DNA of 40,701 nucleotides. It comes from Utricularia gibba. Its lineage: Eukaryota; Plantae; Magnoliophyta. Under the pieces are notes generated by a model. The model saw nothing but the letters and a program-made list of their open reading frames with translations. It made no database searches and was not told the origin of the DNA. The stretch lies in assembly GCA_002189035.1 (NCBI GenBank), contig NEEC01000145.1:1-40701 (forward strand), written 5' to 3'. The number at the start of each line of letters is the position of its first letter. Within the stretch, counting starts at the first letter, position 1. The translations under genes were made by a program, and so were the position numbers. This document shows positions 1-9,173 of this stretch, in pieces.

Positions 1-313
1 GTGATGCATTTATTAACGTTGGGTTTTCGGCGGCTGCCTACATGCTTTTTTCGAGGAAAAGTTGTCGTTTTTTTGCGGGTGCTGTTGTTGGGAACTTCGT
101 CCGGACCCAAGGTTCGGTCTGACTTCACAGCACAATCCGATCCCATTCGACGAAAATCGTGACACCTTTATTGAAGTTAGGATCTCATGACCACCCAAAT
201 GGTTTTTTCAACAGCATGCTTTACACTTGACAAGGCGCTTTTGTGGGTCACCGAGATCGGGCCGGATTCGGGTCGGGCTTGAGCCCAAAGTCAGCTGTAG
301 CCCGGCAAAAGAA
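1..313 (+). repeat. Monomer family A, variant A1 (most divergent family; HOR anchor), representative copy
   Basis: Diagnostic strings CCTACATGCTTTTTTCGAGGAAAAG, CTTCGTCCGGACCC, GACTTCACAGCACAATCCGATCCC, ACAGCATGCTTTACACTTGACAAGG and GTCAGCTGTAG. The only family carrying SphI (214-219) and PvuII (292-297) sites. Confidence 0.95.
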
Positions 314-626
314 GTGATGCATTTATTAACGTTGGGTTGTCGGCGGCTGCCCACATGGTTTTTCAAGCAACAGCTTGCCATTTAAAGGCGGGTGCTGTCG
401 TTGGGAGCTTTGTCCGGCCCGAGATTCGGTCTGGCTACTAAGCCCAATCGGGTCGCACTCGACGAAAATCGTAACGCATTTGATGTAGTTAGGATGTCAT
501 GAGAACCCCAATGGGTTTTCTCAACACTCTGCTATATATTTGAGAAGGCGCCCTCGGAGGGTTTCGGGATTGGGCCAGAGGTCGGGTCGGGCTCAGGCCA
601 ATAGTCAGTTGTAGCCCGGAAAATAA
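314..626 (+). repeat. Monomer family B, representative copy
   Basis: Diagnostic GGGTTGTCGGCGGCTGCCCACATGG, GCCATTTAAAGGCGGG, TTTGTCCGGCCCG, GTCGCACTCG and CGTAACGCATTTG. Confidence 0.95.
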
Positions 627-937
627 GTGATGCATTTATCAACGATGGGTTTTCGGCGGCTGCCTAAATGGTTTTTCAAGCAACAGCTTGCCGTTTTAAG
701 GTGGGTGCTGTAGTTGGGAGCTTTGTCAGGGCCCGAGATTCGGTCTGGCTACTAAGCCAATCGGGTCGTACTCGACGAAATCGTAATGCATTTGCTTTAG
801 TTAGGATGTCATGAGAACCCAATGGGTTTTCTCAACACTCTGCTATATATTTGAGAAGGCGCTCTCGGAGGGTTTCGGGATTGGGCCAGAGGTCGGGTCG
901 GGCTCAGGCCAATAGTCAGTTGTAGCCCGGAAAATAA
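627..937 (+). repeat. Monomer family C, representative copy
   Basis: Diagnostic ATCAACGATGGG, GCCTAAATGG, GCCGTTTTAAGGTGGGTGCTGTAG, GTCAGGGCCCG and GTCGTACTCGACGAAATCGTAATGC. About 17 differences from B by manual comparison (~95% identity). Confidence 0.95.
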
Positions 938-1251
938 GTGATGCATTTATCAACGATGGGTTTTCGGCGGCTGCCTAAATGGTTTTTCAAGCAATAGCTT
1001 GCCGTTTTAAGGCGAGTGCTGTCGTTGGCAGCTTTGTTAGGGCCCAAGGTTCGGTCTGGCTCCTGAGCCCAATCGGGTGCTACTCGATGAAAATCGTGAT
1101 GCATTTGCTGAAGTTAGGATGTCATGAGCACCCCAAATGGTTTTTCAACAACCTGATTTATATTTGAGGAGGCGCTCTAGGCGGGCACCAGTATCGAGCA
1201 AATGGTCGAGTCGCGCTCTGGCCCATAGTCATTTGTAGCCTGGCCAAAAAA
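938..1251 (+). repeat. Monomer family D, representative copy
   Basis: Diagnostic CAATAGCTTGCC, GGCAGCTTTG, GGCTCCTGAGCCC, GGTGCTACTCGATGAAAATCGTGATGC, and the tail ACAACCTGATTTATATTTGAGGAGGCGCTCTAGGCGGGCACCAGTATCGAGCAAATGG. Confidence 0.95.
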
Positions 1252-2188
1252 GTGATGCATTTATTAACGTTGGGTTGTCGGCGGCTGCCCACATGGTTTT
1301 TCAAGCAACAGCTTGCCATTTAAAGGCGGGTGCTGTCGTTGGGAGCTTTGTCCGGCCCGAGATTCGGTCTGGCTACTAAGCCCAATCGGGTCGCACTCGA
1401 CGAAAATCGTAACGCATTTGCTGTAGTTAGGATGTCATGAGAACCCCAATGGGTTTTCTCAACACTCTACTTTATATTTCAGAAGGCGCTCTTGGGGGGT
1501 TTCAGGATTGGGCCAGAGGTCGGGTCGGGCTCAGGCCATAGTCAGTTGTGGCCCGGAAAATAAGTGATGCATTATCAACGTTGGGTTTTCGGCGGCTGCC
1601 TAAATGGTTTTTCAAGCAACAGCTTGCCGTTTTAAGGTGGGTGCTGTAGTTGGGAGCTTTGTCAGGGCCCGAGATTCGGTCTGGCTACTAAGCCCAATCG
1701 GGTCGTACTCGACGAAATCGTAATGCATTTGCTTTAGTTAGGATGTCATGAGAACCCCAATGGGTTTTCTCAACACTCTACTTTATATTTCAGAAGGCGC
1801 TCTTGGGGGGTTTCGGGATTGGGCCAGAGGTCGGGTCGGGCTATGGCCCATAGTCAGTTGTAGCCCGGAAAATAAGTGATGCATTTATCAACGTTGGGTT
1901 TTCGGCGGCTGCCTGAATGGTTTTTCAAGCAATAGCTTGCCATTTTAAGGCGGGTGCTGTCGTTGGCAGCTTTGTAAGGGCCCAAGGTTCGGTCTGGCTC
2001 CTGAGCCCAATCGGGTGCTACTCGATGAAAATCGTGATGCATTTTTTGAAGTTAGGATGTCATGAGCACCCCAAATGGTTTTCTCAAACCTGATTTATAT
2101 TTGAGGAGGCGCTCTAGGCTGGCACTAGTATCGAGCAAATGGTCGAGTCGCGCTCTGGCCCATAGTCATTTGTAGCCCGGCCAAAAAA
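1252..2188 (+). repeat. Second triplet B'-C'-D' of the 7-mer HOR (B' 1252, C' 1564, D' 1876)
   Basis: B' and C' tails carry CTACTTTATATTTCAGAAGGCGCTCTTGGGGG. C' ends GGGCTATGGCCC. D' has GCCTGAATGG, CCATTTTAAGGCGGG, TGCATTTTTTGAAG and CTAGGCTGGCACTAGT (SpeI site at 2124-2129). Confidence 0.92.
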
Positions 2189-5100
2189 GTGATGCATTTA
2201 TTAACGTTGGGTTTTCGGCGGCTGCCTACATGCTTTTTTCGAGGAAAAGTTGTCGTTTTTTTGCGGGTGCTGTTGTTGGGAACTTCGTCCGGACCCAAGG
2301 TTCGGTCTGACTTCACAGCACAATCCGATCCCATTCGACGAAAATCGTGACACCTTTATTGAAGTTAGGATCTCATGACCACCCCAAATGGTTTTTTCAA
2401 CAGCATGCTTTACACTTGACAAGGCGCTTTTGTGGGTCACCGAGATCGGGCCGGATTCGGGTCGGGCTTGAGCCCATAGTCAGCTGTAGCCCGGCAAAAG
2501 AAGTGATGCATTTATTAACGTTGGGTTGTCGGCGGCTGCCCACATGGTTTTTCAAGCAACAGCTTGCCATTTAAAGGCGGGTGCTGTCGTTGGGAGCTTT
2601 GTCCGGCCCGAGATTCGGTCTGGCTACTAAGCCCAATCGGGTCGCACTCGACGAAAATCGTAACGCATTTGATGTAGTTAGGATGTCATGAGAACCCCAA
2701 TGGGTTTTCTCAACACTCTGCTATATATTTGAGAAGGCGCCCTCGGAGGGTTTCGGGATTGGGCCAGAGGTCGGGTCGGGCTCAGGCCAATAGTCAGTTG
2801 TAGCCCGGAAAATAAGTGATGCATTTATCAACGATGGGTTTTCGGCGGCTGCCTAAATGGTTTTTCAAGCAACAGCTTGCCGTTTTAAGGTGGGTGCTGT
2901 AGTTGGGAGCTTTGTCAGGGCCCGAGATTCGGTCTGGCTACTAAGCCCAATCGGGTCGTACTCGACGAAATCGTAATGCATTTGCTTTAGTTAGGATGTC
3001 ATGAGAACCCCAATGGGTTTTCTCAACACTCTGCTATATATTTGAGAAGGCGCTCTCGGAGGGTTTCGGGATTGGGCCAGAGGTCGGGTCGGGCTCAGGC
3101 CAATAGTCAGTTGTAGCCCGGAAAATAAGTGATGCATTTATCAACGTGGGTTTTCGGCGGCTGCCTAAATGGTTTTTCAAGCAATAGCTTGCCGTTTTAA
3201 GGCGGTGCTGTCGTTGGCAGCTTTGTTAGGGCCCAAGGTTCGGTCTGGCTCCTGAGCCCAATCGGGTGCTACTCGATGAAAATCGTGATGCATTTGCTGA
3301 AGTTAGGATGTCATGAGCACCCCAAATGGTTTTCTCAACAACCTGATTTATATTTGAGGAGGCGCTCTAGGCGGCACCAGTATCGAGCAAATGGTCGAGT
3401 CGCGCTCTGGCCCATAGTCATTTGTAGCCCGGCCAAAAAGTGATGCATTTATTAACGTTGGGTTGTCGGCGGCTGCCCACATGGTTTTTCAAGCAAAGCT
3501 TGCCATTTAAAGGCGGGTGCTGTCGTTGGGAGCTTTGTCCGGCCCGAGATTCGGTCTGGCTACTAAGCCCAATCGGGTCGCACTCGACGAAAATCGTAAC
3601 GCATTTGCTGTAGTTAGGATGTCATGAGAACCCCAATGGGTTTTCTCAACACTCTACTTTATATTTGAGAAGGCGCTCTTGGGGGGTTTCAGGATTGGGC
3701 CAGAGGTCGGGTCGGGCTCAGGCCCATAGTCAGTTGTGGCCCGGAAAATAAGTGATGCATTTATCAACGTTGGGTTTTCGGCGGCTGCCTAAATGGTTTT
3801 TCAAGCAACAGCTTGCCGTTTTAAGGTGGGTGCTGTAGTTGGGAGCTTTGTCAGGGCCCGAGATTCGGTCTGGCTACTAAGCCCAATCGGGTCGTACTCG
3901 ACGAAATCGTAATGCATTTGCTTTAGTTAGGATGTCATGAGAACCCCAATGGGTTTTCTCAACACTCTACTTTATATTTCAGAAGGCGCTCTTGGGGGGT
4001 TTCGGGATTGGGCCAGAGGTCGGGTCGGGCTATGGCCCATAGTCAGTTGTAGCCCGGAAAATAAGTGATGCATTTATCAACGTTGGGTTTTCGGCGGCTG
4101 CCTGAATGGTTTTTCAAGCAATAGCTTGCCATTTTAAGGCGGGTGCTGTCGTTGGCAGCTTTGTAAGGGCCCAAGGTTCGGTCTGGCTCCTGAGCCCAAT
4201 CGGGTGCTACTCGATGAAAATCGTGATGCATTTTTTGAAGTTAGGATGTCATGAGCACCCCAAATGGTTTTCTCAACAACCTGATTTATATTTGAGGAGG
4301 CGCTCTAGGCTGGCACTAGTATCGAGCAAATGGTCGAGTCGCGCTCTGGCCCATAGTCATTTGTAGCCCGGCCAAAAAAGTGATGCATTTATTAACGTTG
4401 GGTTTTCGGCGGCTGCCTACATGCTTTTTGAGGAAAAGTTGTCGTTTTTTTGCGGGTGCTGTTGTTGGGAACTTCGTCCGGACCCAAGGTTCGGTCTGAC
4501 TTCACAGCACAATCCGATCCCATTCGACGAAAATCGTGACACCTTTATTGAAGTTAGGATCTCATGACCACCCCAAATGGTTTTTTCAACAGCATGCTTT
4601 ACACTTGACAAGGCGCTTTTGTGGGTCACCGAGATCGGGCCGGATTCGGGTCGGTCTTGAGCCCAAAGTCAGCTGTAGCCCGGCAAAAGAAGTGATGCAT
4701 TTATTAACGTTGGGTTGTCGGCGGCTGCCCACATGGTTTTTCAAGCAACAGCTTGCCATTTAAAGGCGGGTGCTGTCGTTGGGAGCTTTGTCCGGCCCGA
4801 GATTCGGTCTGGCTACTAAGCCCAATCGGGTCGCACTCGACGAAAATCGTAACGCATTTGATGTAGTTAGGATGTCATGAGAACCCCAATGGGTTTTCTC
4901 AACACTCTGCTATATATTTGAGAAGGCGCCCTCGGAGGGTTTCGGGATTGGGCCAGAGGTCGGGTCGGGCTCAGGCCAATAGTCAGTTGTAGCCCGGAAA
5001 ATAAGTGATGCATTTATCAACGATGGGTTTTCGGCGGCTGCCTAAATGGTTTTTCAAGCAACAGCTTGCCGTTTTAAGGTGGGTGCTGTAGTTGGGAGCT

Positions 5101-5313
5101 TTGTCAGGGCCCGAGATTCGGTCTGGCTACTAAGCCCAATCGGGTCGTACTCGACGAAATCGTAATGCATTTGCTTTAGTTAGGATGTCATGAGAACCCC
5201 AATGGGTTTTCTCAACACTCTGCTTATATTTGAGAAGGCGCTCTTGGGGTTTCGGATTGGGCCAGAGGTCGGGTCGGGCTCAGGCCAATAGTCAGTTGTA
5301 GCCCGGAAAATAA

Positions 5314-5508
5314 GTGATGCATTTAACGTTGGGTTTTCGGCGGCTGCCTAATGGTTTTTCAAGCAATTGCCGTTTTAAGGCGGGTGCTGTCTTTGTTTCG
5401 GTCTGGGCCCAATCGGTTACTCGAGAAATCGTTGCATTTAGTTAGGATGTCATGTGGTTTTCTCAAGGATATTTCGGGTCGGGCTTAGTCATTGTAGCCC
5501 GGAAAAAA
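5314..5508 (+). repeat. Collapsed 195-bp monomer with many scattered small deletions (probable consensus artefact)
   Basis: It spans a whole monomer from start to end motif but lacks ~118 bp in many separate gaps, and mixes C/D-type features. Confidence 0.8.
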
Positions 5509-7999
5509 GTGATGCATTTATCAACGTGGGTTTTCGGCGGCTGCCTAAATGGTTTTTCAAGCAAAAGCTTGCCGTTTTAAGGCGGTGCTGTCGTTGGGCT
5601 TTGTAGGGCCCAAGGTTCGGTCTGGCTCCTGAGCCCAATCGGGTCTACTCGATGAAAATCGTGATGCATTTGCTGAAGTTAGGATGTCATGAGCACCCCA
5701 AATGGTTTTCTCAACAACCTGATTTATATTTGAGGAGGCGCTCTAGGCGGGCACCAGTATCGAGCAAATGGTCGAGTCGGCTCTGGCCCATAGTCATTTG
5801 TAGCCCGGCAAAAAAGTGATGCATTTATTAACGTTGGGTTGTCGGCGGCTGCCCACATGGTTTTTCAAGCAACAGCTTGCCATTTAAAGGCGGGTGCTGT
5901 CGTTGGGAGCTTTGTCCGGCCCGAGATTCGGTCTGGCTACTAAGCCCAATCGGGTCGCACTCGACGAAAATCGTAACGCATTTGCTGTAGTTAGGATGTC
6001 ATGAGAACCCCAATGGGTTTTCTCAACACTACTTTATATTTCAGAAGGCGCTCTTGGGGGTTTCAGGATTGGGCCAGAGGTCGGGTCGGGCTCAGGCCAT
6101 AGTCAGTTGTGGCCCGGAAAATAAGTGATGCATTATCAACGTTGGGTTTTCGGCGGCTGCCTAAATGGTTTTTCAAGCAACAGCTTGCCGTTTTAAGGTG
6201 GGTGCTGTAGTTGGGAGCTTTGTCAGGGCCCGAGATTCGGTCTGGCTACTAAGCCCAATCGGGTCGTACTCGACGAAATCGTAATGCATTTGCTTTATTT
6301 AGGATGTCATGAGAACCCCAATGGGTTTTCTCAACACTCTACTTTATATTTCAGAAGGCGCTCTTGGGGGGTTTCGGGATTGGGCCAGAGGTCGGGTCGG
6401 GCTATGGCCCATAGTCAGTTGTAGCCCGGAAAATAAGTGATGCATTTATCAACGTTGGGTTTTCGGCGGCTGCCTGAATGGTTTTTCAAGCAATAGCTTG
6501 CCATTTTAAGGCGGGTGCTGTCGTTGGCAGCTTTGTAAGGGCCCAAGGTTCGGTCTGGCTCCTGAGCCCAATCGGGTGCTACTCGATGAAAATCGTGATG
6601 CATTTTTGAAGTTAGGATGTCATGAGCACCCCAAATGGTTTTCTCAACAACCTGATTTATATTTGAGGAGGCGCTCTAGGCTGGCACTAGTATCGAGCAA
6701 ATGGTCGAGTCGCGCTCTGGCCCATAGTCATTTGTAGCCCGGCCAAAAAAGTGATGCATTTATTAACGTTGGGTTTTCGGCGGCTGCCTACATGCTTTTT
6801 TCGAGGAAAAGTTGTCGTTTTTTTGCGGGTGCTGTTGTTGGGAACTTCGTCCGGACCCAAGGTTCGGTCTGACTTCACAGCACAATCCGATCCCATTCGA
6901 CGAAAATCGTGACACCTTTATTGAAGTTAGGATCTCATGACCACCCCAAATGGTTTTTTCAACAGCATGCTTTACACTTGACAAGGCGCTTTTGTGGGTC
7001 ACCGAGATCGGGCCGGATTCGGGTCGGGCTTGAGCCCAAAGTCAGCTGTAGCCCGGCAAAAGAAGTGATGCATTTATTAACGTTGGGTTGTCGGCGGCTG
7101 CCCACATGGTTTTTCAAGCAACAGCTTGCCATTTAAAGGCGGGTGCTGTCGTTGGGAGCTTTGTCCGGCCCGAGATTCGGTCTGGCTACTAAGCCCAATC
7201 GGGTCGCACTCGACGAAAATCGTAACGCATTTGATGTAGTTAGGATGTCATGAGAACCCCAATGGGTTTTCTCAACACTCTGCTATATATTTGAGAAGGC
7301 GCCCTCGGAGGGTTTCGGGATTGGGCCAGAGGTCGGGTCGGGCTCAGGCCAATAGTCAGTTGTAGCCCGGAAAATAAGTGATGCATTTATCAACGATGGG
7401 TTTTCGGCGGCTGCCTAAATGGTTTTTCAAGCAACAGCTTGCCGTTTTAAGGTGGGTGCTGTAGTTGGGAGCTTTGTCAGGGCCCGAGATTCGGTCTGGC
7501 TACTAAGCCCAATCGGGTCGTACTCGACGAAATCGTAATGCATTTGCTTTAGTTAGGATGTCATGAGAACCCCAATGGGTTTTCTCAACACTCTGCTTAT
7601 ATTTGAGAAGGCGCTCTCGGAGGGTTTCGGGATTGGGCCAGAGGTCGGGTCGGGCTCAGGCCAATAGTCAGTTGTAGCCCGGAAAATAAGTGATGCATTT
7701 ATCAACGTGGGTTTTCGGCGGCTGCCTAATGGTTTTTCAAGCAATAGCTTGCCGTTTTAAGGCGGTGCTGTCGTTGGCAGCTTTGTAGGGCCCAAGGTTC
7801 GGTCTGGCTCCTGAGCCCAATCGGGTGCTACTCGATGAAAATCGTGATGCATTTGCTTGAAGTTAGGATGTCATGAGCACCCAAATGGTTTTCTCAACAA
7901 CCTGATTTATATTTGAGGAGGCGCTCTAGGCGGGCACCAGTATCGAGCAAATGGTCGAGTCGCGCTCTGGCCCATAGTCATTTGTAGCCCGGCCAAAAA

Positions 8000-8548
8000 G
8001 TGATGCATTTATTAACGTTGGGTTGTCGGCGGCTGCCCACATGGTTTTTCAGCAACAGCTTGCCATTTAAAGGCGGGTGCTGTCGTTGGGAGCTTTGTCC
8101 GGCCCGAGATTCGGTCTGGCTACTAAGCCCAATCGGGTCGCACTCGACGAAAATCGTAACGCATTTGCTGTAGTTAGGATGTCATGAGAACCCCAATGGG
8201 TTTTCTCAACACTCTACAGAAGGCGCTCTATTGGGCCAGAGGTCGGGTCGGGCTTAGTCAGTTGTAGCCCGGAAAATAAGTGATGCATTTATCAACGTGG
8301 GTTTTCGGCGGCTGCCAAATGGTTTTTCAAGCAACAGCTTGCCGTTTTAAGGTGGGTGCTGTAGTTGGGAGCTTTGTCAGGGCCCGAGATTCGGTCTGGC
8401 TACTAAGCCCAATCGGGTCGCTCGACGAAATCGTAATGCATTTGGTTAGGATGTCATGAGAACCCCAATGGGTTTTCTCAAGCCGCTCTTTTTGGGCCAG
8501 AGGTCGGGTCGGGCTCAGGCCAATAGTCAGTTGTAGCCCGGAAAATAA
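8000..8548 (+). repeat. Two shortened monomers (B' 280 bp, extra C 269 bp)
   Basis: Gaps are concentrated in the polymorphic tail, e.g. ACTCTACAGAAGGCGCTCTATTGGGCC and TTCTCAAGCCGCTCTTTTTGGGCC. Confidence 0.8.
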
Positions 8549-9173
8549 GTGATGCATTTATCAACGTGGGTTTCGGCGGCTGCCTAAATGGTTTTTCAAG
8601 CAACAGCTTGCCGTTTTAAGGTGGGTGCTGTAGTTGGGAGCTTTGTCAGGGCCCGAGATTCGGTCTGGCTACTAAGCCCAATCGGGTCGTACTCGACGAA
8701 ATCGTAATGCATTTGCTTTAGTTAGGATGTCATGAGAACCCCAATGGGTTTTCTCAACACTCTACTTTATATTTCAGAAGGCGCTCTTGGGGGTTTCGGG
8801 ATTGGGCCAGAGGTCGGGTCGGGCTATGGCCCATAGTCAGTTGTAGCCCGGAAAATAAGTGATGCATTTATCAACGTTGGGTTTTCGGCGGCTGCCTGAA
8901 TGGTTTTTCAAGCAATAGCTTGCCATTTTAAGGCGGGTGCTGTCGTTGGCAGCTTTGTAAGGGCCCAAGGTTCGGTCTGGCTCCTGAGCCCAATCGGGTG
9001 CTACTCGATGAAAATCGTGATGCATTTTTTGAAGTTAGGATGTCATGAGCACCCCAAATGGTTTTCTCAACAACCTGATTTATATTTGAGGAGGCGCTCT
9101 AGGCTGGCACTAGTATCGAGCAAATGGTCGAGTCGCGCTCTGGCCCATAGTCATTTGTAGCCCGGCCAAAAAA

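Larger units (their letters stand above)
1..9173 (+). repeat. Block of four 7-mer-type HORs A-B-C-D-B'-C'-D' (units start 1, 2189, 4380, 6751)
   Basis: A-to-A spacings are 2188, 2191, 2371 and 2423 bp. The last two units each contain one extra, deletion-ridden monomer. Confidence 0.9.

Noticed and set aside
1-20. Window starting exactly at a monomer boundary
   Set aside because: I defined the monomer phase from position 1, so the coincidence is circular and carries no information.
1-626. 5S rDNA, spliced-leader, tRNA or snRNA tandem gene array (a ~313-bp period is compatible with 5S plus spacer)
   Set aside because: I see no match on either strand to the conserved 5S rRNA sequence or its internal A/C boxes, to nematode, trypanosome or dinoflagellate SL exons, or to a tRNA cloverleaf.
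760-790. CENP-B box-like motif (ACTCGACGAAATCGTAA)
   Set aside because: It matches only about 6 of the 9 essential positions of NTTCGNNNNANNCGGGN. No full match was found on either strand.
790-806. Telomere-derived sequence (TTAGTTAGG, GGGTTTCGGG)
   Set aside because: There is only one TTAGG per monomer, with no tandem TTAGG, TTAGGG or TTTAGGG. This is expected by chance in a G/T-rich strand.
2110-2135. Helitron or MITE origin (CTAG motifs in D/D' tails)
   Set aside because: I found no convincing subterminal hairpin, terminal inverted repeats or target-site duplication. CTAG occurs only in one monomer family.
1-2188. Satellite-encoded hammerhead ribozyme (as in newt satellite 2, Schistosoma Sm-alpha, Dolichopoda pDo500)
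   Set aside because: The core CTGANGA is absent on both strands. The nearest + strand strings are CTGAAGT, CTGATTT, CTGACTT and CTGAGCC.
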